The notes below the pieces were generated by a model that was given only the letters and a program-made list of their open reading frames with translations, was not told where the DNA came from and searched no databases. This document shows, piece by piece, positions 34,897 to 44,148 of a stretch of 60,466 bases of DNA. How positions within the stretch are numbered: the first letter of the stretch is position 1; every line of letters starts with the position of its first letter. The DNA comes from an uncultured Acidimicrobiales bacterium (lineage in GTDB: Bacteria > Actinomycetota > Acidimicrobiia > Acidimicrobiales > SHLQ01): positions 1-60,466 of the forward strand of contig CALHXU010000013.1 of the NCBI GenBank assembly GCA_938040365.1, written 5' to 3'. Position numbers and translations under genes: made by a program.

Positions 34897-36342
34897 CTAC
34901 GCCCAGTCGGAGATGGACTTGACTTCGAGGAATTCCTCGAGGCCCCACTCGCCGCCTTCGCGGCCGTTGCCGGACTGTCCGTAGCCACCAAATGGTGAGC
35001 CCGCACCGCGGGGCTTGCCGTTCATCTCGACCATGCCCGAACGAAGCTGGCGTGCAACCCGGCGCGCCTTGTCTTTGTCGGTGGTCTGGATGAAGTTGGT
35101 CAGGCCATAGGGCGTGTCATTTGCCATCGCGATCGCTTCTTCTTCAGTGTCGAAGGGCATGATCGAAAGTACTGGCCCGAAGATCTCCTCGGTCGCGATC
35201 GTCATCTTTGGATCGACATCGGCAAAGACCGTCGGCTTCACGAAGTAGCCCTTGTCGAATCCGTCTGGGCGGCCAGGGCCTCCAGCGACGAGCCGGGCGC
35301 CTTCTTCGATGCCCTTCTCGATGAGTCCTTGAATCTTGTTCCATTGGGCTTCGCTCACGACCGGGCCAATGTGCTTTCCGTCCTTTGTCGGGACGTCGAC
35401 CGCAGTTGCCTCGGCAGCGGCTTGTGCTCGCGCGACCGCTTCGTCGTAGATCGACCGCTCGACGAGCATGCGCGTTGGTGCGTTGCACGACTGACCGGTG
35501 TTGTTCATGCATCGAGCGACGCTCCACTCGATTGCGGTCTCGCCCGCATCGGCAAACACGATGTTCGCGCCCTTGCCGCCGAGTTCGAGCGCAACTCGCT
35601 TGATCGAGTCGGCAGCGTTCTTCGAGATTGCCACGCCGGCGCGTGTGCTTCCAGTGAACGACACCATGTCGATATCGGGGTGTCCAGAGAGCTGGGTGCC
35701 AACACCCAAACCATCACCTTGCACCATGTTGAACACGCCTGGAGGGAATCCGGCTTCGTGCATCATGTCGGCGAACAGCGCGCCGCTGAGTGGTGCGACT
35801 TCGCTTGGCTTGAGCACCATGGTGCAGCCGACACCGATCGCCGGGACGACCTTGAGCGTCACCTGGTTCATTGGCCAGTTCCACGGCGTAATCAGCGCAC
35901 AAACTCCGACTGGTTCGTACAAGATCATGTCGCCGGGGGCGTGGTCGCCGAGCGGGCGTTCGAACTCGAATGCTTTCAGGGCACGAACGAGGCTTTTGAG
36001 GTGCCCAATACCGGCGCCCACCTGCTGCTGGCCCGACATGGTCTGGGGTGCGCCCATCTCGGTCGAGATTGCTTCGGCCATCTCGTCGGCCCGTGCCTTG
36101 TAGATATCGGTGAGCTTTTCGAGCAGAGCGACTCGTTCGGCGACCGGCGTTGCGGCCCACGATGGGAACGCCGCCTTTGCAGCTGCGACGGCGGCATTTG
36201 TGTCGGCCTCGCTCCCGAGCGAGATAACTGCGCACACCTCTTCGGTAGATGGATCGATCACGTCGAAGTCGTTGGCTTCGACCGGGTCGACCCACGACCC
36301 GTTGATGTAGAACTGGCGGCGGTCGATCAGCGTGTCTGACAT
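34897..36342 (-). CDS. NAD(P)-dependent aldehyde dehydrogenase
   Basis: 481 aa. FTGSTRAG, ELGGKG (catalytic Glu), NTGQSCNAPTR (catalytic Cys) and EEIFGPV. Confidence 0.9.
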   Translation of the reverse strand: MSDTLIDRRQFYINGSWVDPVEANDFDVIDPSTEEVCAVISLGSEADTNAAVAAAKAAFPSWAATPVAERVALLEKLTDIYKARADEMAEAISTEMGAPQTMSGQQQVGAGIGHLKSLVRALKAFEFERPLGDHAPGDMILYEPVGVCALITPWNWPMNQVTLKVVPAIGVGCTMVLKPSEVAPLSGALFADMMHEAGFPPGVFNMVQGDGLGVGTQLSGHPDIDMVSFTGSTRAGVAISKNAADSIKRVALELGGKGANIVFADAGETAIEWSVARCMNNTGQSCNAPTRMLVERSIYDEAVARAQAAAEATAVDVPTKDGKHIGPVVSEAQWNKIQGLIEKGIEEGARLVAGGPGRPDGFDKGYFVKPTVFADVDPKMTIATEEIFGPVLSIMPFDTEEEAIAMANDTPYGLTNFIQTTDKDKARRVARQLRSGMVEMNGKPRGAGSPFGGYGQSGNGREGGEWGLEEFLEVKSISDWA

Positions 36343-36466
36343 ATTCGATTCCTTACTGGTACGAGCGTTCTGCGCGGATGGGCAACTCTAGACAAGTCCA
36401 GTACAGATATCCGACACCAGCGGCGATTGCACGCTACGCTGATCACACAACTTCATCTGCCATCAG

Positions 36467-36658
36467 CCGGATCGAGAGAGCGCTCACCGTCTCACAAAGA
36501 GACGACCGGGCCGCCGAAGGTGCAAGGGTTGCGGTTTGCCAAAGCCGTGATTCGAAACTCTCAGGCAAACGGATCGACCCGGTGGCATTCTCTGGAGAGC
36601 CGGTTCAGTTCGCTGAACCGCACCGACGGGGCACCAATCTCTCAGGTCCAGGACAGAG
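36467..36658 (+). promoter_or_regulatory. tandem glycine riboswitch (two aptamers)
   Basis: Aptamer 1 spans about 36467-36576: CGGAUCGAGAGAG...CCGCCGAAGGUGCAA...CUCUCAGGCAAACGGAUCG. Aptamer 2 spans about 36590-36658: CUCUGGAGAG...GCACCGACGGGGCACC...CUCUCAGGUCCAGGACAGAG. It lies directly upstream of gcvT. Confidence 0.85.
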
Positions 36659-36662
36659 TTCA

Positions 36663-36696
36663 CGCAAGGCGCCTTCGCCTTGCGTTTTTGGTTTTT
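36663..36696 (+). terminator. intrinsic terminator / expression platform of the glycine riboswitch
   Basis: CGCAAGGCG-CCUUC-GCCUUGCG stem-loop followed by UUUUUGGUUUUU, 24 nt before the gcvT ATG. Confidence 0.75.
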
Positions 36697-36719
36697 CAAC
36701 CACGGAACTTGGACATTAG

Positions 36720-37847
36720 ATGAGCAACCTTAAACGAACTGCCCTCTTCGATTGGCACGTCGCCAACGGTGGCCGCATGGTCGACTTTGCTGGCTGGGAG
36801 CTTCCGGTCTTCTACGAGACCGGCGCCATCGAGGAACACCACGCCACGCGTAATTCGGTCGGCCTGTTCGACATCGACCATATGGGCCAGCTCGACGTCA
36901 CCGGCCCTGAGGCTACGGCCTTGGTCGACCGGCTCGTCACTTCAGACATCGAAACCACGCCGATCGGTGGCGCGAAATACGGCTTGCTGTGCCACGACGA
37001 TGGCACAGTCATTGACGACGTCATTACGTACCGGCTCGCCGAGGACCATCTGATGGTCGTCGTCAATGCGTCGAACCGGGAGACAGACGCTGCGTGGTTC
37101 GCCCAACACAGCGCCGATTTCGAGGCCACAGTCACCGACCGATCGGACGAACTGGCGATGATCGCCGTCCAGGGCCCAAACGCTGTCGCGCTGATCGATG
37201 CCGTAACCACGATCGATGTGAGCGCCGTTGACCGTTTCGGTTCAGCCAGGATCGAACTCTTTGGCACCACTGCATTGCTGGGCCGCACCGGCTACACCGG
37301 CGAGGACGGTGTCGAGCTGTATATAGAAACATCGACCACCGGCATAGGTGTGGTCGAGGCGTGGAATGGACTTTTCGATCGTGCCGACGAGCTCGGGATC
37401 GCTGCACACGCCATTGGGCTCGGGGCGCGCGACAGCCTGCGCTTCGAACCCGGCTACCCGCTCTATGGCCATGAGTTGAGCCGCGAGATCAACCCCTTCG
37501 AGGCTCGCCTCAGTTGGGCGGTCGACCTCACCAATGAGGCTGGTGAAGATCGAGATTTCATCGGAGCGATCGCGCTGCGTCGGGTGAAAGACGTCGGCGT
37601 GACCCGCCGACTCGAAACGCTCACGATGATCGATAAGGGCGTGCCCCGCGAGGGGTCGACCGTCGTCGACGCCGACGGCAACGAGCTTGGCCCGGTGGTC
37701 AGTGGAATGTTTGCTCCGACCGCCGACGTTTTCGCCTGCAATGCCTTCCTGCCAGTCGGTACTGAAGTCGGTACCGAACTCGCCGTCGCTATCCGCGGCA
37801 AACACAAAGCCGCCGCCGTCACCAAACGCCCCCTCCACCGCCCGTAA
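36720..37847 (+). CDS. gcvT: glycine cleavage system aminomethyltransferase (T protein)
   Basis: 375 aa. [27 protein letters not shown] and [13 protein letters not shown] are classic GcvT. Confidence 0.95.
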   Translation: MSNLKRTALFDWHVANGGRMVDFAGWELPVFYETGAIEEHHATRNSVGLFDIDHMGQLDVTGPEATALVDRLVTSDIETTPIGGAKYGLLCHDDGTVIDDVITYRLAEDHLMVVVNASNRETDAAWFAQHSADFEATVTDRSDELAMIAVQGPNAVALIDAVTTIDVSAVDRFGSARIELFGTTALLGRTGYTGEDGVELYIETSTTGIGVVEAWNGLFDRADELGIAAHAIGLGARDSLRFEPGYPLYGHELSREINPFEARLSWAVDLTNEAGEDRDFIGAIALRRVKDVGVTRRLETLTMIDKGVPREGSTVVDADGNELGPVVSGMFAPTADVFACNAFLPVGTEVGTELAVAIRGKHKAAAVTKRPLHRP

Positions 37848-37856
37848 GCCCTCAAC

Positions 37857-37960
37857 CCGCACACATCACCACCACCGGCCCGGACAAACCGAGCGGCGTG
37901 GAAAACACAGAAACCGCACACATCACCACCACCGGCCCGGACAAACCGAGCGGCGTGGAA
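37857..37960 (+). repeat. two perfect 47-nt direct repeats (57-nt period) in the gcvT-gcvP spacer
   Basis: CCGCACACATCACCACCACCGGCCCGGACAAACCGAGCGGCGTGGAA at 37857-37903 and 37914-37960. Confidence 0.95.
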
Positions 37961-37974
37961 GAAAGAGCCCTAAA

Positions 37975-40809
37975 GTGAATTTTCAAGATCGCCACATTGG
38001 GCCAGATGCCCAGTCCATCGACAAGATGCTCGTCGCCGTCGAAGTCGACTCGCTCGACCAACTTATCTCTGAGACCGTGCCTGAGACCATTGCCTTTGAT
38101 GGCTTGCTCGAGTTACCTGCGGCTCGTACCGAAGTCGAGGCGCTCGCTGAGCTTCGTGAGCTCGCCGATCAGAACACGGTGTTGCGTTCGATGATCGGCC
38201 AGGGCTACTACGACACCCACACCCCAACGGTGATCTTGCGCAACGTGCTTGAGGATCCGGGTTGGTACACGGCTTATACCCCGTATCAGGCCGAGATTGC
38301 CCAGGGCCGGCTCGAAGCGTTGTTGAACTTCCAGACGATGGTCGCCGATCTCACCGGCATGGAGATCAGTAATGCGTCGCTTCTCGACGAGGCGACCGCA
38401 GCCGCTGAGGCAATGACGATGGCGCGCCGTTTGCAGGGTCGGAAGTCGACGGCGTCGACGTTCATCGTGTCGGATCGTTGCCATCCTCAGACGATCGAGG
38501 TCGTGCTGACCCGTGCTGAGCCTCTCGGCATTCGCGCCGTCGTGACAGACCTTGACGAGGCGAGCTTCGACGAGGATGTCTTTGGTGTTCTCGTCCAGTA
38601 CCCCGATACTCGTGGTCGCGTCGATGACTTTACCGACCTTGCTTCTCGTGCCCACGAAGTTGGTGCCTTTGTCATTGCGGCGACCGATCTGTTGGCGTGT
38701 GCGGCGCTTGTACCTCCGGGTGAATGGGGCGCAGACATTGCGATTGGCTCGTCTCAGCGCTTTGGCGTTCCGCTCGGCGCCGGTGGCCCGCACGCAGCGT
38801 TCCTCGCTACCGCCGAGGCCCACGCTCGGAACCTTCCCGGTCGCCTCATCTCGATGTCGATCGATAGCCACGGCAACCCGGCGCTTCGCATGGCGTTGCA
38901 GACTCGCGAGCAACACATCCGCCGCGACTCGGCGACGTCGAATATTTGCACCGCACAGGTACTGCTCGCGGTGATGGCGTCGATGTATGGCGTCTACCAC
39001 GGTCCGAACGGCATTTCGGCAATCGCTGGTGACGTACACACACGAACCTCCAAGTTCGCTGCTGCGGCCCAAGAGGCAATGTACAAGCTCGACTCGACCC
39101 AATTCTTCGACACGGTTGTGCTGGCAGACGGGCCCGACCTTTCGAACCTCATCGCACGAGGCCGCGATGCGGGGTTCAACCTTCGTTCCTTTGCTGATGG
39201 TTCGGTTGGCGTGTCGTTTGACGAAACGATCACCGATGCCGACTTGACCACCCTCACGACAGCCTTGTTCGACAAGACACCACCAGATGCCTGTGGCGCG
39301 CCGATTCCGATCGAGCTTGTGCGCGAGTCAAGCTTCATGACCCACCCAACGTTCAACAGCCATCATTCCGAAACCGAGATGTTGCGCTACATCACAAAGC
39401 TGCGCAACAAGGACCTGTCCCTCGCCCACTCGATGATTCCGCTCGGTTCGTGCACAATGAAGCTCAACGCGACGACCGAGATGATTCCGATTACTTGGGA
39501 GGGCTTTGCACGCATTCACCCCTTCGCCCCGCTCGACCAGCAAGAGGGTTACGCCGAACTCGTCGCCCGACTCGAAGTGTGGCTCGCCGAGATCACCGGA
39601 TTCGCAGCGACGTCGCTGCAGCCCAACGCAGGGTCGCAGGGCGAATACGCGGGACTTTTGACGATTCGGTCTTTTCATAAGGCAAACGGGGACGATCATC
39701 GAACGGTGTGCCTGATCCCCGAGTCGGCCCACGGCACCAACCCAGCATCTGCGGTGATGGCCGGCATGACCGTCGTTGCAGTCGGCACCGACGAGGACGG
39801 CAACATCGATGTAGCCGACCTCGAAGCAAAGGCGGCCGAACACGCTGACGCCCTTGGTGCGCTTATGGTGACCTACCCGTCGACCCATGGCGTGTTCGAG
39901 GAGTCGATCGAGCGTGTTTGTCAGATCGTCCACGACAACGGCGGCCAGGTCTACCTCGACGGAGCGAACATGAACGCTCAGGTCGGGCTGAGCCGACCTG
40001 GAGATTTCGGCGCCGATGTCTGCCACCTGAACTTGCACAAGACATTCTGCATTCCTCACGGCGGCGGCGGCCCTGGCGTTGGCCCAATTTGTGTTGGCCC
40101 CCACCTCGCCGACCATCTACCGACGAAGCACTCGGCATTTACCGGTGCCGCCGGTGACGGTGGTTCGGCCGACACCGACTACATCGTGAGCGCAGCTCCG
40201 TGGGGAAGTGCAGCGATCCTTCCCATCAGCTATGCCTACATTGCGATGATGGGTCCCGATGGACTCGCCGATGCGAGCCGATTGGCAATCCTCAACGCCA
40301 ACTACATGGCAGCCCGCCTCGACCCGCACTTCCCCATCCTGTACCGCGGCGCCCGCGGACATGTTGCCCACGAGTGCATCATCGACATCCGTGCGTTCAA
40401 AGACATTGCGACCGCCGAAGATATTGCGAAGCGGTTAATCGACTACGGCTTCCACGCTCCGACGATGTCGTGGCCGGTGTCGGGAACCTTGATGATCGAG
40501 CCGACCGAAAGTGAATCGCTTGAGGAGATCGACCGCTTCTGCGACGCCCTCATCTCGATTCGTGACGAGATTCGGGCGATCGAGAACGGCGATGCCGACG
40601 CCGAAGACAACGCACTCGTCAACGCTCCACACACCGTTGCGGCCGTGACGAGCGACGAGTGGACCCACCCGTATTCGCGCCAGCACGCGGCATATCCAGC
40701 ACCATGGTTGAATGCGTCGAAGTTCTGGCCGGCGGTCGGACGAGTCGATAACGGCTTCGGTGATCGAAACCTGCAATGCTCCTGTCCACCCATGAGTGCC
40801 TACGAATAA
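37975..40809 (+). CDS. gcvP: glycine dehydrogenase (decarboxylating), single-chain P protein
   Basis: About 944 aa. The N-terminus (V)[10 protein letters not shown] starts at the GTG at 37975, with GAAAGAG upstream. PLP-lysine context [16 protein letters not shown]. The 1040-aa track ORF is an in-frame upstream over-extension into gcvT. Confidence 0.93.
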   Translation: MNFQDRHIGPDAQSIDKMLVAVEVDSLDQLISETVPETIAFDGLLELPAARTEVEALAELRELADQNTVLRSMIGQGYYDTHTPTVILRNVLEDPGWYTAYTPYQAEIAQGRLEALLNFQTMVADLTGMEISNASLLDEATAAAEAMTMARRLQGRKSTASTFIVSDRCHPQTIEVVLTRAEPLGIRAVVTDLDEASFDEDVFGVLVQYPDTRGRVDDFTDLASRAHEVGAFVIAATDLLACAALVPPGEWGADIAIGSSQRFGVPLGAGGPHAAFLATAEAHARNLPGRLISMSIDSHGNPALRMALQTREQHIRRDSATSNICTAQVLLAVMASMYGVYHGPNGISAIAGDVHTRTSKFAAAAQEAMYKLDSTQFFDTVVLADGPDLSNLIARGRDAGFNLRSFADGSVGVSFDETITDADLTTLTTALFDKTPPDACGAPIPIELVRESSFMTHPTFNSHHSETEMLRYITKLRNKDLSLAHSMIPLGSCTMKLNATTEMIPITWEGFARIHPFAPLDQQEGYAELVARLEVWLAEITGFAATSLQPNAGSQGEYAGLLTIRSFHKANGDDHRTVCLIPESAHGTNPASAVMAGMTVVAVGTDEDGNIDVADLEAKAAEHADALGALMVTYPSTHGVFEESIERVCQIVHDNGGQVYLDGANMNAQVGLSRPGDFGADVCHLNLHKTFCIPHGGGGPGVGPICVGPHLADHLPTKHSAFTGAAGDGGSADTDYIVSAAPWGSAAILPISYAYIAMMGPDGLADASRLAILNANYMAARLDPHFPILYRGARGHVAHECIIDIRAFKDIATAEDIAKRLIDYGFHAPTMSWPVSGTLMIEPTESESLEEIDRFCDALISIRDEIRAIENGDADAEDNALVNAPHTVAAVTSDEWTHPYSRQHAAYPAPWLNASKFWPAVGRVDNGFGDRNLQCSCPPMSAYE

Positions 40810-40888
40810 GGACCGGTACCGGCAGGCGTTCCGCGCCTGATCGGCACAGTTCCCAAAACGAACCAACCGAGAAAGCTAGCTTTTTATT

Positions 40889-41272
40889 ATGAACAACCCA
40901 GAAGACCTGAAGTACAGCAACGACCACGAGTGGGTCCGCGTCGACGGCAACGTCGCCACGATCGGTATCACCGACTACGCACAGGATTCGCTTGGCGATG
41001 TTGTGTACGTCGAACTGCCCGACGTTGGTGCGACCACCAGCGTTGGCGAAGCAATCTCAGAGGTCGAATCGACCAAGTCGGTCTCTGACATCGTCGCTCC
41101 GGTAAGCGGCGCCGTGACCGAGGTCAACAGTGCCCTCGACGACGACCCCGGAGCCCTCAACAGCGACCCTTACGGCGATGGCTGGATCTACAAGGTCGAG
41201 ATGTCAAACGCCGGCGACCTCGATGCGCTCATGGACGCCGAAGCCTACGGAGCCTTTACCGCGGACGCGTAG
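40889..41272 (+). CDS. gcvH: glycine cleavage system H protein
   Basis: 127 aa with lipoyl-lysine motif EVESTKSVSD. Confidence 0.95.
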   Translation: MNNPEDLKYSNDHEWVRVDGNVATIGITDYAQDSLGDVVYVELPDVGATTSVGEAISEVESTKSVSDIVAPVSGAVTEVNSALDDDPGALNSDPYGDGWIYKVEMSNAGDLDALMDAEAYGAFTADA

Positions 41273-41276
41273 TGAG

Positions 41277-42104
41277 GTGGCGCTTCAGCCATCACACACC
41301 CGCCTGATCGTCACGGCCAGCCATAAGGCGCGCCCCGAGACGATCGACCGCGCTACGAACTTCGCAACGGAAAACGGCTACCGGTACGTTCCGCGGAGCG
41401 ACGAATCGCTCGACGAGCTTCTCACGTCGGTCGACGCGGCCTTCGTCATGACCAATGGCGCCATGACCTTGGCCACCCAGCACGGAACGTTAAAAGCGCA
41501 CCTCGGCACGGCGTTCATCCGGCTCAAATCGATCGATCGAGGCGAGGGCGACCCACTCATACGGGCTGGCGACATTCGCACTGGCGACCGCATCGTCGAC
41601 ACCACCTTTGGACTCGGCCGCGATGCACTCGTCGCCGCGTGTGCTGCAGGAGCCACCGGCTCGCTCACCGCGATCGAATCGAGCGACGCGCTCTACCACC
41701 TCGGACATCACGGACTTACCAAAGGACCGCTCTCCCCCGCTGCAGTTGCGTCGGTTGGGAACAACCTCGACCCGGCCCCTGTCGAACTCGTCCACGACGA
41801 CGCCGTTTCGTGGTTGGCGGACCAAACGGCGAACACGGCAGATGTCGTGCTGATCGACCCCATGTTCACGTCTCCTAAGACCTCCGACAGCGGGTTTACA
41901 CTCTTGCGATCGGTCGCTGACACTAACCCGCTCACAAAGGACTGGATCGAACAAGCACAGCGGGTCGCCCGACGGGCAGTAGTGGTCAAGACCGGCGCAC
42001 CGCCCGAGTGGTTCGACGACATCGACATTTCACACGTGCACAGCCACAGCAACGCCAACTGGTGGCGGGTGAACGCATCCGAAACATGTTCGAACCAGCC
42101 GTAG
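41277..42104 (+). CDS. class I SAM-dependent methyltransferase, RsmJ (YhiQ)-like
   Basis: IVDTTFGLGRDALV ... VVLIDPMFTSPKTS ... RRAVVVKTGAPPEW parallels E. coli RsmJ motifs (DATAGLGRDAF, VYLDPMF, VVVKRP). The GTG at 41277 is 5 nt after the gcvH stop. Confidence 0.65.
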   Translation: MALQPSHTRLIVTASHKARPETIDRATNFATENGYRYVPRSDESLDELLTSVDAAFVMTNGAMTLATQHGTLKAHLGTAFIRLKSIDRGEGDPLIRAGDIRTGDRIVDTTFGLGRDALVAACAAGATGSLTAIESSDALYHLGHHGLTKGPLSPAAVASVGNNLDPAPVELVHDDAVSWLADQTANTADVVLIDPMFTSPKTSDSGFTLLRSVADTNPLTKDWIEQAQRVARRAVVVKTGAPPEWFDDIDISHVHSHSNANWWRVNASETCSNQP

Positions 42105-42145
42105 ACGTCCAAATGGCCTACGGCCGACTTGGTACCGTTTAAGCC

Positions 42146-42610
42146 ATGAGCATCTCACGACGTTTGCTTACCTCACTGGCCTGTGCGTTCGCGTTCCTCG
42201 CAGGGGCGTGTGGCGCTTCGGCCGAAGTCGACGCGGCCGACCATTTCGGTGGCGCTGAAGCAAATCAAGCCGAAATCGACGCAGCCCTCGCTGAACTCAC
42301 CGAGATCAGCACCGAAACCGCAGCTGAAAGCACCGAAACCGCAGCTGAAAGCACCGAGAGCGCAGCTGAAAGCACCGAGAGCGCTACCAATAATGGCGAC
42401 CCCGGCCAGCACTCACTCCTCATCAGCTTTCACTCCGACGGCCTACCGGTCTATGGCCCACTCGACGTCGACGGCCAGCCCCCAACAGATCTCGACGAAT
42501 GTTCTGGCCATGTCGGGCCAACACCAGACGCCGATCGAGACACCTACCACTATCACGTCCTCGACGGCCAAGACCCCGCCTCGATCGAAGCAGAAGGCTG
42601 CGGGCGGTAA
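42146..42610 (+). CDS. small lipoprotein with acidic 7-aa repeats and a C-terminal YHYH-domain fragment
   Basis: Signal peptide with lipobox LAGAC, then (ETAAEST/ESAAEST) repeats, then DECSGHVGPT...TYHYHVLDG...EGCG, which resembles the YHYH domain. Confidence 0.6.
   Translation: MSISRRLLTSLACAFAFLAGACGASAEVDAADHFGGAEANQAEIDAALAELTEISTETAAESTETAAESTESAAESTESATNNGDPGQHSLLISFHSDGLPVYGPLDVDGQPPTDLDECSGHVGPTPDADRDTYHYHVLDGQDPASIEAEGCGR
42311..42385 (+). repeat. 21-nt in-frame tandem repeat, about 3.5 copies (ACCGAAACCGCAGCTGAAAGC)
   Basis: Units at 42311, 42332 and 42353, plus a partial unit at 42374. The first two are identical, and the third differs at 3 positions. Confidence 0.9.
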
Positions 42611-42708
42611 CACCTCGACGCCTACGTCGAGCGAACGTCCCGTCGCTGCGTCGAGCGCAGTAACACCTCGACCTTTGGCCGAGGGAACACCTCGACGCCT
42701 ACGTCGAG
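42608..42708 (+). repeat. three AACACC-headed hairpin elements between convergent genes
   Basis: TAACACCTCGACGCCTACGTCGAG (42608-42631), TAACACCTCGACCTTTGGCCGAGG (42661-42684) and GAACACCTCGACGCCTACGTCGAG (42685-42708). Each forms a stem of about 7 bp. Confidence 0.9.
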
Positions 42709-42713
42709 TGTGG

Positions 42714-43013
42714 TCAGCCTGCGTGCACGACGTGCAGTGTGATGGTTGCGGTGTCGCCGATATCGACGTTCTCCGCTGCGCGCACCGCCTTCTTGATCGG
42801 CAGCACGTAGGCCTCTTCCTGTTTGCTCGGAAACAACGACGTCGACCAGTTCGTACTTCCAATCGTCACGTCGACCTTCACACTCCCAAAGCCCCCGGTG
42901 AGCGACGTCGCATCATCGATCGCATCGGAAATATCAGCGGGAACGGTAACGAACACCCAACTCGCGCCAGCCTCCCACGGGTACAGCTCGGCGTCGAATG
43001 TCACGTCCATCAC
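42714..43013 (-). CDS. DUF1905 domain protein
   Basis: 99 aa. FDAELYPWEAGASWVFVTVPADIS...GFGSVKVDVTIGSTNWSTSLFP matches the DUF1905 pattern. Confidence 0.7.
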   Translation of the reverse strand: MMDVTFDAELYPWEAGASWVFVTVPADISDAIDDATSLTGGFGSVKVDVTIGSTNWSTSLFPSKQEEAYVLPIKKAVRAAENVDIGDTATITLHVVHAG

Positions 43014-43053
43014 GCCACCATATGCGGTGGCAGCGCCTCGCGGGCGATTCGCT

Positions 43054-44148
43054 CTAGCTGGGGTTAACGAACACTTCCGTTGCCTTCACCGAGGCCCATA
43101 CCTTCTGACCAGCGGTGAGCCCCATCGCCGAAACCGCACCTGGCGTAATGTCGACATTGACCTTCAGCGGCCCATCGAGCGTCACGCGGACAATGTCGCC
43201 GGTCCCTTCGATCGACACGACCGTTGCCTGCCAACTATTGCGGGGCGAACCGTGCGGTTGGCTCCCGTGCAGTGCGATCGCGTTCGGGTTGATCGTCACC
43301 AATACCGAACCGTTCGTCTGGGTGTCGGCGGTCGAGAGCGTCATCGTGGATTCATCGAGCGAGATCACCCCGGCCGCGTTTGTGCCCATCAACAAGTTGA
43401 TACCAGCGAGCGCAGCTGCATAGGGAGTCAATGGCCGTTTCGCTACCTCGGTGGTCCGCCCTTCTTGGGTGACTCGACCATTTTCGAGAACGACGACCCG
43501 GTCGGCGAGAAGGAACGCGTCTGCCGGATCGTGCGTGATGACGAGACGGGGGCCGGCAAAGTCGCCGAGTCGGCGTTGTAACAGGCGGCGAAGCGTCCCT
43601 CGAGTCTCGATATCGAGCGCGGCGAGCGGTTCGTCGAGTAGCAACATCTTTGGATCCGACGCGAGCGCACGCGCCACCGCAACTCGCTGCGCTTGGCCGC
43701 CCGACAACTGCGACGGTCTCCGTGTCTCTAGGCCGCCGAGGTCGAGACGCTCGACCCACGTCGCAGCTGATGCTCTGGCTTCGCGCTTCGCTACGCCACG
43801 AACCGCCGCGGCGAAACCGATGTTGTCGAGCACGTCGAGGTGCTCGAAGAGCAAATAACGTTGGAAGACGACGCCGGCGCGTCGGTCCTCTGGCCCTACG
43901 AACACGCCACGAGCAGGGTCATCGAGCGTGACTTCACCAAGCGAAATCGACCCGCTCTCGATCGGCACAAGGCCGGCCAGGGCACTCAGCAACGTCGACT
44001 TACCAGCGCCGTTTGGTCCAACGAGCGCGGTCGTGCTTCCTGCGGTGAACGTCAGGTCGACATCGAGCACAAAATCGTCGTCACGGCGGACCGTCATCGT
44101 CGCCGTTATATCGCTACCCACAAACGGTGCGTCCCCTCCGTTAGCCAT
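43054..44148 (-). CDS. modC: molybdate ABC transporter ATP-binding protein with C-terminal TOBE/Mop domain
   Basis: Walker A GPNGAGKST, signature LSGGQAQRVAVARAL, Walker B LLLDEPLAALD, and a C-terminal TOBE-like region. Follows modA and modB. Confidence 0.85.
   Translation of the reverse strand: MANGGDAPFVGSDITATMTVRRDDDFVLDVDLTFTAGSTTALVGPNGAGKSTLLSALAGLVPIESGSISLGEVTLDDPARGVFVGPEDRRAGVVFQRYLLFEHLDVLDNIGFAAAVRGVAKREARASAATWVERLDLGGLETRRPSQLSGGQAQRVAVARALASDPKMLLLDEPLAALDIETRGTLRRLLQRRLGDFAGPRLVITHDPADAFLLADRVVVLENGRVTQEGRTTEVAKRPLTPYAAALAGINLLMGTNAAGVISLDESTMTLSTADTQTNGSVLVTINPNAIALHGSQPHGSPRNSWQATVVSIEGTGDIVRVTLDGPLKVNVDITPGAVSAMGLTAGQKVWASVKATEVFVNPS

Noticed and set aside
37857-37960. 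CRISPR array (this locus, plus the tandem repeats at 54907-54978 and 33773-33829).
   Set aside because: There are only 2-3 units and the linkers are 3-12 nt, so there are no unique spacers of CRISPR size. No cas genes are in the window.
37687-37974. In-frame upstream extension of gcvP (1040-aa track ORF) that would translate the 47-nt repeats as [14 protein letters not shown] twice (His-rich tag-like peptide).
   Set aside because: The extension begins inside gcvT and has no start codon between the gcvT stop and 37975. The conserved GcvP N-terminus (FxDRHIGP) begins right at the GTG at 37975, which has an RBS upstream.
42183-43067. 294-aa plus-strand ORF spanning the lipoprotein gene, the hairpin cluster and the antisense of DUF1905.
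   Set aside because: It is out of frame with a signal-peptide-bearing ORF, runs through intergenic hairpins, and has a low-complexity Pro/Ser/Arg-rich translation.
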